Positions 10,406 to 21,137 of a stretch of DNA of 64,000 nucleotides are shown piece after piece. Positions within the stretch are counted from its first letter, which is position 1. Each line of letters begins with the position of its first letter. Source of the DNA: a virus; IMG/VR virus record IMGVR_UViG_3300033145_000777, positions 1 to 64,000 of that record. One strand, written 5' to 3'. The notes beneath the pieces are model-generated. The model saw only the letters and a program-made list of their open reading frames with translations, made no database searches and had not been told where the DNA came from. The position numbers and the translations under genes are program-made.

Positions 10406-11440
10406 ATGAAAAAAACAAAACCCCGTGATCTGGAAGAGATAGAGAAATTCAACCTAAGACCCTACAGGGAGTGCATCATCACAAAAGGCGAGAACGTGAC
10501 CATACATCCCTCGGCTACTCTTGGAGGAGCAGGGTTCACTTGGGCAAGAAAAGAGGATGGAAGTATCGTCCAGGCACACAACCTTGGAGAAATCATCATC
10601 GAGGACAACGTTAGAATCGGTGAGCACTGCACCATCAGAAGGGCAACCCTCCCAGACAAAGCCACAATCATCGGAAAGGGCTCTGTTCTCATCAGCTACG
10701 TGAACGTAGGGCATAACTGCATTATCGGTAAAAACACGTTCTTAGGACCCCACGTATGCTTGAATGGAAGCGTCAACATTGGAGAAGGTTGCTGGATAGC
10801 TGCACACGCTGTAATCCATCAAGGAGTCATCATAGGAAAAGGTGCAATAGTAGGGCTTGGGGCAGTAGTAACAAAAGATGTCCCACCCGGAACCACAGTA
10901 GCAGGAGCACCAGCTATACCCCCCAAGTTCTCTGGGAACTACATTCCCCTCTATCTCCAATATGGCAAAAACCTCGAACTCGGAAAGTTCAACCACATCC
11001 ACGAGGGAGTACAAATTGGGGATGACGTTACGATCAGAAGCTACGTTGAGCTCAGACCACACACCATCATTGGAAACCGTGTGTATCTGGACTCTGGGGT
11101 AAAGACTTCTGGCCAGTGCAGGATTGGAGACGATGTCACCCTGAGGTATGATAGCATTATCGCCAAGGGCTGTGTGATTGAGGACAATGTTTTCATAAGC
11201 CCCCAGCTAATGACTGAGAACGTTAGCCACAAAGGAGATGAAGTAGGCGGTGCTCACATCGGTACTGGAGAATGGGACTACTCCACTCCGTATAGGGTGT
11301 TCATTGGTACAAACGTCACCTTAGCAGCTGGGATCGAGATATGTTCAGGAGCCATCATTGGGTCTAAAGCCAACGTCAGAAAGAGCATACTGGAGCCCGG
11401 AGTATACGTCGGGAATCCAGCTAGGAGGCTAGAGCGATGA
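10406..11440 (+). CDS. left-handed beta-helix acyltransferase (LpxD-like, two hexapeptide domains)
   Basis: Hexapeptide repeats, [32 protein letters not shown]. Confidence 0.85.
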   Translation: MKKTKPRDLEEIEKFNLRPYRECIITKGENVTIHPSATLGGAGFTWARKEDGSIVQAHNLGEIIIEDNVRIGEHCTIRRATLPDKATIIGKGSVLISYVNVGHNCIIGKNTFLGPHVCLNGSVNIGEGCWIAAHAVIHQGVIIGKGAIVGLGAVVTKDVPPGTTVAGAPAIPPKFSGNYIPLYLQYGKNLELGKFNHIHEGVQIGDDVTIRSYVELRPHTIIGNRVYLDSGVKTSGQCRIGDDVTLRYDSIIAKGCVIEDNVFISPQLMTENVSHKGDEVGGAHIGTGEWDYSTPYRVFIGTNVTLAAGIEICSGAIIGSKANVRKSILEPGVYVGNPARRLER

Positions 11441-11910
11441 TAGGTCCACAACACCAAGTAGAAGGAAGGTATTTGGACGTCAAGTTCTATAAACCATACG
11501 CAGTTGTTTATCCGGGTGTAGAAATTGGTGCGGGAACCAAAATCGGTGAGTATGTCCGTATTGGACACAACTGTAAGATTGGGAAGAACTGCACCATCAT
11601 GTACTCAGTCAAGTTCAGCAAAGACGTCACTATCGAGGATGATGTCTTCATAGGACCCGGCGTATTATTTGCCAATGACAAGTACCCACCCACCAAAGTA
11701 AGCAAGGGAGCAACTGTCAAGAAAGGAGCAATAATAGGCATCGGCTGTATACTGGCTCCCGGCGTCGTAGTGGGTGAGAGGGCTGTAGTCGGGGCAGGTA
11801 CAACAATAAACAAGGACGTCCCAGATGGAAAGGTTATTGTAACCAAATCCACCTATCAAGTTTTATACACAAGAGAGGAATACGATTTGAAACAGAGGGA
11901 ACATACATGA
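11437..11910 (+). CDS. hexapeptide N-acetyltransferase (WbpD/WxcM-like)
   Basis: [19 protein letters not shown] and hexapeptide repeats. Confidence 0.85.
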   Translation: MIGPQHQVEGRYLDVKFYKPYAVVYPGVEIGAGTKIGEYVRIGHNCKIGKNCTIMYSVKFSKDVTIEDDVFIGPGVLFANDKYPPTKVSKGATVKKGAIIGIGCILAPGVVVGERAVVGAGTTINKDVPDGKVIVTKSTYQVLYTREEYDLKQREHT

Positions 11911-12647
11911 GAATTTTTTGTTCGGGCTCATCAGGATTCATTGCTAAGAGCCTGATTCCACACCTAGAGACACTTCACGAGGTTATCGGTTTTGACCTTG
12001 AGGATGGTAATGATCTGCTGGATGCAGAAATGGTGATTGAAGCCACCCGTGGCTGTGACGCTATAATCCATCTAGGGGCTATAGCTGAAATTCCATACTG
12101 TGAAGAACACCCCAATCTGGCAGTGAACGTGAATATACTTGGCACCATGAACATAGTACAAGCTGCTAACTTGCATAAGATTCCAATGGTTTTCGCATCT
12201 ACGTTTGCAGCTGAGAACCCCAAGAGTGTCTATGGTCTCACGAAGAGGCTGGGGGAGAAAATAATCATAAGGGCTGGAGGAGTTGTGCTCAGATTAGCCA
12301 ATGTTTACGGTGGGGAAGGATACCTCAAGAAGAAGAATGCTCTGGCGAACTTTGTGAATGTGAGGAACGATGGTGAGAGAGCAACAATCCACGGAGACGG
12401 CTCCGCCAAGAGGGACTTTATAGAAATAAGTGATGTCTGTGAGGCATTCGCTCGTGCCATTGGAGCAGAGCCTGGGATCTACAGAATCTGTACAGATAAA
12501 TTTACCACCATCAAGGAGCTTGCTGATCTCATCGAGGTAGAGTATGAACTAGTTCCAAGGGAGAAACCCGTTGAACTGGACGCATCATTAAAAGGTTGGG
12601 AGCCAAAAGTATCTCTTAGAAAAGGACTTGAACAATTTGCACGTTAA
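11907..12647 (+). CDS. NAD-dependent epimerase/dehydratase
   Basis: SGSSGFIA, YGLTK (YxxxK), LRLANVYG, RDFI. Confidence 0.9.
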   Translation: MRIFCSGSSGFIAKSLIPHLETLHEVIGFDLEDGNDLLDAEMVIEATRGCDAIIHLGAIAEIPYCEEHPNLAVNVNILGTMNIVQAANLHKIPMVFASTFAAENPKSVYGLTKRLGEKIIIRAGGVVLRLANVYGGEGYLKKKNALANFVNVRNDGERATIHGDGSAKRDFIEISDVCEAFARAIGAEPGIYRICTDKFTTIKELADLIEVEYELVPREKPVELDASLKGWEPKVSLRKGLEQFAR

Positions 12648-13737
12648 AGTAGCTAGACCAGTAGTTGGAGAAGAGGAGATCAAAGCCGTAACTGAGGTGC
12701 TTATGAGCGAGTACTATGTTTCAGGTCCCCGAGTCAAGAAATTCGAGGAATCCTTTGCAAAGTACATTGGCACAGAAGAGGCAGTAGGCGTTGACACAGG
12801 CACAGACGCAATTAGGCTCACATTACAAGCCCTCGGGATAGGGAAAGGAGACGAGGTGATAGTCCCAGCTTTGACGTTCTTCGCAACTGCATCAGCTGTT
12901 TTGATGGCGGGAGGTACACCCATATTCGCTGATATAGACCCAGAGACATACAACATAGACATCAAGGACGTCCATAGGAAGATCACAGGAAAAACTAAGG
13001 CAGTTATCCCCGTCCATTACTTCGGGCATCCAGCTGACTTGGATAAGCTACCTAGAGATGTGATAATCATCGAGGATGCAGCTCAGGCTCATGGAGCTGA
13101 GTATAAGGGCAAGAAGGTTGGTGGACTCTCTAAGGCCGGGTGCTGGAGCATGTACGCTACAAAGAATATGACGGTGGCAACTGAGGGAGGTATGATCACC
13201 ACCAATGACCATGAATTAGCTGCTACCCTTAGGACTCTTCGTAGTCACGGGATGATGGGTAGGAATGACCATGTTATGTTGAACGGTAATAACCGTATGA
13301 ACGAGATAGCAGGTGCAATAGGACAAGTCCAACTTCCATCCTTAGATTACTGGAACAGGATAAGAGCCCATTGGAGCTCACTTCTAAGGTATGAGCTTCG
13401 AAACGTACCTTGGCTGAAGATACCGCCTGTCAAGGACTATTGCACACAACATGCTTGGTTCTGGTGCTGTGTCGAGGTTGATGAGGAACGGCTTGGAATG
13501 TCCACCGATGATCTGAGGAAACGTTTGATGGAGGAAGGCGTTGAGACCCGTCATAGATATGTTGAGCCACTTTACAAGCAACCTGTCTTATACCAGTTCC
13601 TAGACCTGCATGACTACTCAAGTGATTTCTGTCCAGTAGCTGAAAAGGTAGCAGGAAAGCTAATTGGACTCCCCAACCATCCACTGCTAACCTTAGAGGA
13701 AATAAACTATGTCAAGGATACCATCTACTCTATCTGA
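12628..13737 (+). CDS. DegT/DnrJ/EryC1/StrS aminotransferase
   Basis: GDEVIVPALTF, IEDAAQAHGA, SMYATKN, EGGMITTND. Confidence 0.92.
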   Translation: MNNLHVKVARPVVGEEEIKAVTEVLMSEYYVSGPRVKKFEESFAKYIGTEEAVGVDTGTDAIRLTLQALGIGKGDEVIVPALTFFATASAVLMAGGTPIFADIDPETYNIDIKDVHRKITGKTKAVIPVHYFGHPADLDKLPRDVIIIEDAAQAHGAEYKGKKVGGLSKAGCWSMYATKNMTVATEGGMITTNDHELAATLRTLRSHGMMGRNDHVMLNGNNRMNEIAGAIGQVQLPSLDYWNRIRAHWSSLLRYELRNVPWLKIPPVKDYCTQHAWFWCCVEVDEERLGMSTDDLRKRLMEEGVETRHRYVEPLYKQPVLYQFLDLHDYSSDFCPVAEKVAGKLIGLPNHPLLTLEEINYVKDTIYSI

Positions 13738-13888
13738 TCTTCAAGGTCTTGATGAGGTAGAGTTTCACCACATGATAGAATGTAGGAGATGTGGCATGAA
13801 GTTCAACTCAAAAGATGAGGAGTGTCGTATGTGTGGCTGGAAGATAACCTATATGGGTGCTATCCAGCATACCCACGGAGCTTAGACC

Positions 13889-14155
13889 TTGAAAACCATC
13901 CTTGGCATCCCATGTTTTGGATGCAGGGATATAGACAAATGTGGCTCTAAAAACGAGACAAACCCTGAAAACTGTATTAAGCTCACTAACTGGCTTCATG
14001 AAAACATACATGGTACTGAACCAGTAAAGCCTGATGAACCACCTCAGAAAGATGTAAACGGCTTACATATATGCCATGTTTGTGGAAAAGAACTCCCCTC
14101 AGAGAGAGGGATGAAAATACATATTACCAGAATTCATAATAAACCTAAATCTTAA
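13889..14155 (+). CDS. C2H2 zinc-finger protein
   Basis: CHVCGKELPSERGMKIHITRIH. Confidence 0.65.
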   Translation: MKTILGIPCFGCRDIDKCGSKNETNPENCIKLTNWLHENIHGTEPVKPDEPPQKDVNGLHICHVCGKELPSERGMKIHITRIHNKPKS

Positions 14156-14203
14156 TAGTCGATAGAATCATTATCACAATCATATACTGTCAGTAATCTG
14201 TTT

Positions 14204-14509
14204 TTGGGGTTGAACAACACGGGCGAAAATGAGGGTAACGGGGGCTTCATTCATGAAGCTGATTGCGTAAGAATTTCAGGTAAAATAAACTTAGCTCTAT
14301 TCGGGGTTGATGGTCGAGGAGGGATGGAGGCAGACATAAAGACGATTCTGCAGAAGACCAGCTTCCTTGAGAAAGAGGTTCAGAACGGTGGCAAAATGAA
14401 ACTTGAAGAGGAGAAACTGGATGTCACTCGTTTCGGAATCAAAATCGGTTTTCTCTCTGGCCTGATAGGTGCTTTGGCTGCACTGGCTATAGCTTATTTC
14501 ACTAGATAA
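14204..14509 (+). CDS. small protein with C-terminal transmembrane helix
   Basis: IGFLSGLIGALAALAIAYF hydrophobic tail. Confidence 0.5.
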   Translation: MGLNNTGENEGNGGFIHEADCVRISGKINLALFGVDGRGGMEADIKTILQKTSFLEKEVQNGGKMKLEEEKLDVTRFGIKIGFLSGLIGALAALAIAYFTR

Positions 14510-14520
14510 CCACGCCAGCT

Positions 14521-14574
14521 TTTAGTCCATAAACTTTATTAAAGTATTCTGCATAGTTAGTTTGACCCAAAATG
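14521..14574 (+). promoter_or_regulatory. 54-bp promoter cassette copy 1 (BRE/TATA ... GACCCAAAATG)
   Basis: tttagtccataaactttattaaag...tttgacccaaaATG; opens a 41-aa ORF at 14572..14697. Confidence 0.8.
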
Positions 14575-16807
14575 CAACATAAAATCCTTACAGGTGAAGT
14601 TAGGTTCACTTCTGATGGCAGGTTTATTAGTGCTGAAGAACAGATGCAAATCTTTAGAGAGGAGCGAGAAACACAAGAACAAGAGGAGGAACCCTGATGA
14701 ACGACGAAGCCAAAGGGAAGCTAATAGAAATGCACAAACTAGCAGCTGAGGCTCTGCAAAGAGATCATCTTAACATCTATTGGGTAATAATCGGGAACAT
14801 GAAAGAAGCTCATAAAGATGAGAGGGGTTTCTAATGAGTTCACCCCTTCTATTCCTAGTTGGGGTCTGTGTTTCAGTCATAGTTCTAGCCTTTGTCGTCA
14901 CTGTGATTCAAGAAATCTATAATTACAAAGACCTTCAGGAACGCCTCAAGAAGGAACGTGAGAGGAAAGCAGAAAAGGAGAAACATAACAATGACTGAGC
15001 CTTGGCACAAACTCCCAATTAGAGAAATGAGGCCAGATTATTTTTATTCATGGATCAAGTGCGCTGATTGTGGGGCTAAGTATTATTACAAGGGTACTTG
15101 GAGTAACTCTCATAGTTGCCCTAAATGTGGAGTAAGCCATGAAGATCACTATAATTGTCGAGTCATAGGTGGCAGATTCAACCCGAAGAAATACGTTTAC
15201 CCACAATTCAAGGAAGGATCACGTTGAGTTGTATTTGGCATAAGTTCAACCGCAACAAGACCGCTAGGAAAAAACAGTGTTACTATGAGTGGCACTGCCT
15301 CGTATGCTGGTTAAGAATCTTATTCAGCATCATCAGAACGGGTGTAAAACACCGTTTGAGGAATCCCAAGAAGGAGAATGATTAATTTGGGATCACATCA
15401 AAAATCTGCGTGTCTTGGGCACATATCGGAGAGGAAAGGGGAGAAACCAGGTGAATGGAATGGTGAGCTAGTTACAGCTTGCCCCTGCTATAAACAAGAA
15501 TTATGTAAACAGCTGGAACTTTCAAGGAAGGAAAAACAATGACTAAACGAGAGGGATTATACGAAGCGTATCATTCAAATATGACACCGGGCTGGAAGAA
15601 GCCAAGTATTCTCAGACAAATCAAAGCCATAGACGAGAAAAACGATAAGAGGGTCAATGACGCCCTAGACTTGTTAACTACATTTGAGGAAAATGGTGAC
15701 TGGCTCAACGATGAGACAAGACCCATTTCAATGACACAGTTCTACGAGATCATGGAGGCATTAAAATGAGTCATACTGAGGGAGTTCGTGTAGGTAATCA
15801 GCAGGAGATGGAGTTTGAACCAGAGTTCTGTAAAGGATGTCAAAGACCTTATTGTTCAGGTCCATGCCTAAGTCTCAGGAATAAATGGATGAACACTGAG
15901 GAGCAGATCGAGGAGGCAGAACAATGATTAAAACTTGGGAACTATGGCTTTTGTTCGGGTTCGTTGTGCTGTATAGCTGGTTGATTCATAAAATTAATGG
16001 AACAAAAACTCAGTTTAAGGGGAATAAAACATTGAGCGATGTTGATGTACCTCAGAAACATTCTGGAAAATTCATCTGCATGGGGTGTGTGAACAAAGGC
16101 ATAGCAAGATTCCATGATAAACCAGGTCTCTGTTTTGACTGTATCGCGGAGTTAATGGGAATTAAACCCTTCCCCCATACAGGAGTGCTAAAACATTGAG
16201 CGAGAAAAAGGGACACCATACTCATGAGGCTTGGTTCAAGATCACTGATGTTACAAGCAGCTCTACAAGCACAGAGAGGTTTGCATCAGCTCAGGGGTTG
16301 ACCGCTGAAGAGACGATTGATATGCTCAGAAAGGTCAAGGAGATGATGAAAGAATGAGTGATTCTGGATCAAAAACTATCAAAGAATGGGAAATTCAAAT
16401 ACGGTTTTATGGGGAAGAGGAGATGGCTAAACACATTAGGAGTCATCAAGATAATATGGGTGTAAACACATCCCGCAATAACTTCAAACAGAGATGGGTT
16501 AAACTTATAGAAATTGATAATACCTCCCCTCGCCCCAGACCCAACACCCCACCCGGAGGTATGTAGGGTGCCGTGGATGAAGCCGATTTGTGGGCGGAAA
16601 GATGCTGATAATAATAGGGTTGGTTGTTATTGGAGGGATATGGTTTTTGTCAAATGGATACAGGAGTATGATGGGTGGGCTAAGGACAAGTTTCATCGGG
16701 GTCAGTATTGGGAGGCTAAGTACAGGTGCAAGAAGTGTGGGAACACGAGGATAGCGGTGAAGATGCGTACAAATAGGCAGCTGAGGAACGCGGGGATCAT
16801 AAAATGA
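14572..16807 (+). other. run of small, coupled hypothetical ORFs, several with CxxC zinc ribbons or a TM helix
   Basis: Abutting or overlapping start/stop codons (14572..14697, 14697..14834, ~14991..15227, 15539..15769, 15924..16199, 16354..16566). Confidence 0.5.
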
Positions 16808-16918
16808 CTGAGTATGTGTCGAAGTGCCTGTTAAGGAAGAAGGACTATGATCATTATAAACGGGGCAAATGCAATAAGCAGGGAAACACGCTGCAGCATC
16901 ACATCGAGGGAACCATAA

Positions 16919-17845
16919 ATGACGGGTAAAGTTAGAGTCAGATTAATAGACGCTGACCAGAAGGAGAAAGAGAAGGGCTTTCCGAACCTTGCTTTGATGA
17001 AAATTAGTTCATATTATAAAACCGAAGGAGCTGAGGTAGGGTTCAACGTAGCAGATCCGAACCTAGTCTATATCAGTGTTGTATTCGAAGAGAACTTGGA
17101 ACAAGCCAGAGGGATCGCTACCTATTACCCAGAAGCAGAGGTGTTCCTAGGAGGTCCCGCACTGGAGATTCCTAACACTCTACCCCCCGAGATAGAGAAA
17201 TGTATGCCTGACTATGAGTTATATGGGAGTGATTATAGCATGGGATTCACTACTCGGGGATGTATCAGAAAGTGCCCGTTCTGCATAGTCCATAAGGTGG
17301 AGCCGGAGTTCAAATACCATAAGCACCCTCGCGTGTTCCATCACCCGGATCATAAGAAAATAGTGTTCCTTGACAACAACTTCTTAGCGTGCTCTAATCG
17401 ACTGGAGACCATCCAGTATATCTTGGACCACGACATCAAGGCGTGTTTCAATCAAGGCTTGGACGCACGGCTAATAGATGAGGAGGTGGCGGTCAAGCTC
17501 GCGTCGATGAAGCTCTATAACCTGCACTTCACATTCAGAACGATCTACGTGGCCTGGGATTTGATGGATAGCCAAGATGGTGTGTTGAAGGGAATACAGA
17601 ACCTAATAGATGCAGGGGTAAATCCGAACAACATCAAGGTCTATGTGCTGACTCTCTTCAACACCACCTTCGAAGAGGATAAGTACCGGGTAGAGAAGCT
17701 GTTGAAAATGGGCGTCGAACCCTATATCATGAGGTATAATGGGGATAAGTCCAGCAAGGATGTTAACCAACTTGCAAGGTGGTGCGCGAGGCATCTGTAT
17801 CGGGTATGCAAGTTCGAGGATTATGATCCTAGGAATCACAGGTGA
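16919..17845 (+). CDS. radical SAM protein (phage-type, FPNLALMK N-terminus)
   Basis: TTRGCIRKCPFC, FLDNNFLA, FNQGLDARL. Confidence 0.85.
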   Translation: MTGKVRVRLIDADQKEKEKGFPNLALMKISSYYKTEGAEVGFNVADPNLVYISVVFEENLEQARGIATYYPEAEVFLGGPALEIPNTLPPEIEKCMPDYELYGSDYSMGFTTRGCIRKCPFCIVHKVEPEFKYHKHPRVFHHPDHKKIVFLDNNFLACSNRLETIQYILDHDIKACFNQGLDARLIDEEVAVKLASMKLYNLHFTFRTIYVAWDLMDSQDGVLKGIQNLIDAGVNPNNIKVYVLTLFNTTFEEDKYRVEKLLKMGVEPYIMRYNGDKSSKDVNQLARWCARHLYRVCKFEDYDPRNHR

Positions 17846-17849
17846 TTAA

Positions 17850-20222
17850 ATGAGCAAAAGTATTCCAAACGGTAAACTAGAGGAACTGGAGAAGACCTGG
17901 GCGAAAGCCCGTGACCTAGTCAAGGACATCAGTGAAGACATATCTGCTAATGAAAGCCAACTGCTTGACTTAGTAACACAGAAGGTAGCTCTTGACACCA
18001 TAGATGAAAAGGCACTAGGAGACTTTGCTAAAACCCCGTACTTGATTATGCCTAAAGGGAAGAACGAGGCTTGGATCATAGTACCACGGTTCGTTGACTT
18101 TCACGTAGGGTGGCTGGAGAGACAGACATCCAGCTATAATGTGTTCATAGTAAACCAGTACATTGACATGATCTCTCCCCTACCTCATGACATCAAAGCC
18201 AGAGTAAGCATCGAGCCATATCTCGAAAAAGCAATACTCCAGCAACGACCAGGTAAGGTAGGTATCCTCGAAATAAACCCACTTGACTATGAACGGGCTA
18301 AGGAGAAGTACAAGAACAGTCTAGGCAACCGAGTTTCTGGCCGTGAGGATCAGATATACCTCAAGAAAGGAAAAGAGTTTTCGTTACTAGCTGAACTCAT
18401 CAGAGATGGTATGCTTCCGTTTGAACCCAAGCCTGTTGCAGAAGATGATCTCAGACCTGAAAATGAATGGGGCAATAAAATCAAGCTCCGAGAGTACCAA
18501 GAGCGTGCCTTTGATTCATTCATACAGTATGGTGCGGTTGGGATCTATTGGGCTCCTGGGGCAGGGAAAACCTTTGTTTCAATAGAAACGGGGAACCGTG
18601 TGATGGGTGATAAACTTGTAGTAGTCCCTCAGTTGACTTTGAAGGAGCAATGGGAAGAACGTATTAAGGAATATGCGGTAAGTCCAGGAGAGTGGGAAGT
18701 TCAGACATATCAGTACATCACCCACAAGCATAACTATGACAGATTTGCGAAACGGGAATGGAAAATTATCTTCTATGATGAGTGTTTCCCTTACTATGAT
18801 CAAATCTATACAGAATACGGCCAAATACCGATAGGATGGTTGGTTGAAAACAAAATACAATGTAAGGTTTGGAGTTATAATTTTACTAATAACCAATTAG
18901 AGTTAAAACCCATTACTTTCTTCTATCGAAAACACGCGAGTTCCGTTTTAGAGATAGAGACAGAAAACTCAATAATTCACCCAACTAAAACACATAATAT
19001 ATATACACCTGAAGGAAATCACTTACCTGCTAACGAGCTGAAGCTACTTGATGAAACAATATATCTGCGAAATATGTGGACGGAAATTCAAAAACCATCA
19101 CGCCCTCAATGGCCACAAAATGCACCACAAACACCCGGATCACAACGAGAAGTTAAACAAGAAAATAGCGGAAGAAGGATTACATTGGAGCAAGACAAAC
19201 CCAGATGCTTGGGAGAAATTCAAAAAAGACTTATCAAATTCACGCATGAGAGAGAACAATCCATACTGGAAAGGAGGGGCTCATCAGCAAACGTGGGCGC
19301 GAATAGCATACGAGGATTATCTTTATCCCAAGGAATGTATGACTTGTCACGGGAGGTCGGGTGCAACACAGATAGATATTCACCACAAGAATGGAGATCG
19401 AAAAAACAACTCGAAAGAGAATCTTATGGTTTTATGCCGTTCTTGTCACGAAAGTCTACACCGCGGGGATGGTCACACTATACAACAGTGGATAACATTA
19501 GAGGAATTCGAGAACTTACGCTTAATGATCCCAGAGTCTATGATCTTGAAGTAGCGGATAATCATAACTATTTCATTAATGGTGTTTTAGTATCGAACTG
19601 CCACCACCTCCCAGCAAACACGTTTAGCAAACTGGCCGTATTCAAGACAGATTACAGGATAGGGTTGTCAGCGAGTCCATACCGCGAGGACGGGCGCACT
19701 GAGTACATCTTTGCGTTAACAGGGTTCCCCATAGGGTTGAGGTGGCGTGAGCTCATCAGTCTTGGCGCAGTTGGTGAACCTGACGTCAAGGTGTATCTCT
19801 ATTCTACTGAGTTTAGGAAAAGGGCTGACCTAGACAATTTGATAAAGACGCGAAGCGGTAAGATTCTAGTCTTCTGTGACTCAGTACCCACAGGTAATAC
19901 CCTAGCCAAAGCTTTCGGCGTTCCCTTCGTGTACGGGAAGACGAGGAATAGGCTGGAAATTGTAAGGGATAATCGTGTCGTGTTGATCAGCCGAGTAGGG
20001 GATGAAGGCATGTCTATTCCTGATCTGGATACCGTTATTGAGTATGATTTCCTTTACGGTAGCCGACGTCAAGAAACCCAACGTGCAGGTAGGCTTATGC
20101 ACAACAAGAAAGGTGGTGAGCATATCATAATGATGACTGAGGTTGAGCTAAGTAAGTATGAGAAGCGGCTGTATGGGTTGGAGGAGCAGGGTTTTAACAT
20201 CAGGTTCGAGAGGAGAGCATAA
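17850..20222 (+). CDS. XPB/Rad25-like superfamily 2 helicase containing an intein
   Basis: LREYQ, APGAGKT, DE|CHH split by the intein, GLSASPYREDG, DEGMSIPD, QRAGRL. Confidence 0.9.
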   Translation: MSKSIPNGKLEELEKTWAKARDLVKDISEDISANESQLLDLVTQKVALDTIDEKALGDFAKTPYLIMPKGKNEAWIIVPRFVDFHVGWLERQTSSYNVFIVNQYIDMISPLPHDIKARVSIEPYLEKAILQQRPGKVGILEINPLDYERAKEKYKNSLGNRVSGREDQIYLKKGKEFSLLAELIRDGMLPFEPKPVAEDDLRPENEWGNKIKLREYQERAFDSFIQYGAVGIYWAPGAGKTFVSIETGNRVMGDKLVVVPQLTLKEQWEERIKEYAVSPGEWEVQTYQYITHKHNYDRFAKREWKIIFYDECFPYYDQIYTEYGQIPIGWLVENKIQCKVWSYNFTNNQLELKPITFFYRKHASSVLEIETENSIIHPTKTHNIYTPEGNHLPANELKLLDETIYLRNMWTEIQKPSRPQWPQNAPQTPGSQREVKQENSGRRITLEQDKPRCLGEIQKRLIKFTHEREQSILERRGSSANVGANSIRGLSLSQGMYDLSREVGCNTDRYSPQEWRSKKQLERESYGFMPFLSRKSTPRGWSHYTTVDNIRGIRELTLNDPRVYDLEVADNHNYFINGVLVSNCHHLPANTFSKLAVFKTDYRIGLSASPYREDGRTEYIFALTGFPIGLRWRELISLGAVGEPDVKVYLYSTEFRKRADLDNLIKTRSGKILVFCDSVPTGNTLAKAFGVPFVYGKTRNRLEIVRDNRVVLISRVGDEGMSIPDLDTVIEYDFLYGSRRQETQRAGRLMHNKKGGEHIIMMTEVELSKYEKRLYGLEEQGFNIRFERRA
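18783..19598 (+). mobile_element. intein (272 aa) in helicase motif II
   Basis: Starts CFPYYDQI, block B PTKTHNIY, ends VYDLEVADNHNYFINGVLVSN followed by Cys; excision restores DECHH. Confidence 0.92.
19048..19554 (+). CDS. C2H2 zinc finger + HNH endonuclease nested in the +1 frame of the intein
   Basis: YICEICGRKFKNHHALNGHKMHH, NNPYWKGG, IDIHHKNGDRKNNSKENLMVLCRSCHESLH. Confidence 0.85.
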   Translation: MMKQYICEICGRKFKNHHALNGHKMHHKHPDHNEKLNKKIAEEGLHWSKTNPDAWEKFKKDLSNSRMRENNPYWKGGAHQQTWARIAYEDYLYPKECMTCHGRSGATQIDIHHKNGDRKNNSKENLMVLCRSCHESLHRGDGHTIQQWITLEEFENLRLMIPESMILK

Positions 20223-20232
20223 ACTCCTAACC

Positions 20233-20286
20233 TTTAGCCCATAAACTTTATATAAGTTTCTAGCATAGATAGTTTGACCCAAAATG
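20233..20286 (+). promoter_or_regulatory. promoter cassette copy 2
   Basis: Identical over 54 bp to 56269..56322; ends at the ATG of 20284..20487. Confidence 0.85.
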
Positions 20287-20487
20287 GAAACATCAAAAAA
20301 ACTTCTGGACAACATACCTCCAAGCTGGAAAGGGTTATCACAATCTGAGTTAATGGCTGAGGCAGCTAAAGCACATAAAGCATACAATAAAGCCTGGTCT
20401 GAGGGTAACACCGAGGAAGCAATCAGGAGGAATTATGAGAGTAGGAAACTGGTGGCTCTCTACTTTTCAAACGCCGAAAGCCACTGA
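20284..20487 (+). CDS. hypothetical protein
   Basis: Starts at the cassette ATG. Confidence 0.55.
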   Translation: METSKKLLDNIPPSWKGLSQSELMAEAAKAHKAYNKAWSEGNTEEAIRRNYESRKLVALYFSNAESH

Positions 20488-20560
20488 GTACAAGAAGCGC
20501 AAACCAAAACAGGGTACTGATCTATTAAGTCACATTTTCTATACACCTGGGGCGATCTAA

Positions 20561-20746
20561 ATGACCAGTACTCTAGTCTGTAGACATTGTGGATTTGAGA
20601 CCGAGGCATACGATATGCACATAGGGGGAGGTTATCTTGAAGCGTTTGAATCAGCAAAAGAACATATCAAAAAGAAGCATAAACCTCAATGGAAATATTG
20701 GCTCACTAGAGGTAGTGTAACCCAAGAATGTTTCACGGTCAGATAG
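20561..20746 (+). CDS. small zinc-finger-like protein
   Basis: CRHC...HIKKKH. Confidence 0.45.
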   Translation: MTSTLVCRHCGFETEAYDMHIGGGYLEAFESAKEHIKKKHKPQWKYWLTRGSVTQECFTVR

Positions 20747-20793
20747 GATAATATTAAAACGTGTGTAGTTCTATTATCTCTTGAGAGATTAAT

Positions 20794-21129
20794 TTGGCTT
20801 ACGTTACCTCAGCTCAGGTTCTTGCAATGGTTCATACGAAGCTTACCCCAACTCAGCTAACCGACATGATAGCTAGAGCCGATCAATGGGTGGATGACCA
20901 CGTTGTAGAAGCCGATCTTAATGCTATTCAATTACAGTTGCTGAGTCTAACTAGGTGCATGTACAGGGTTTTGCTTATGGACCCGACGGCTTGGAAGCTT
21001 GGTGAATACTCGCAGGACGCCAAGGTTCAGAAGGAGAACATACTCCATGACCTCGAAGAAATGGTTGACCTCTATAACGGTGTAGGTACTCCTAACTTCA
21101 TAGTGGGACAGGACCCGGTGGACGGATAG
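20794..21129 (+). CDS. head-tail adaptor
   Basis: MAYVT start, ~110 aa, KLGEYS, first gene of the neck module. Confidence 0.65.
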   Translation: MAYVTSAQVLAMVHTKLTPTQLTDMIARADQWVDDHVVEADLNAIQLQLLSLTRCMYRVLLMDPTAWKLGEYSQDAKVQKENILHDLEEMVDLYNGVGTPNFIVGQDPVDG

Positions 21130-21137
21130 GTGTGTAA

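Noticed and set aside
19048-19554. Sequencing frameshift as the cause of the out-of-frame HNH
   Set aside because: Indel errors would be expected to leave stops in the intein frame, yet both frames are open and the HNH ORF has its own start and stop; read-level confirmation is still needed
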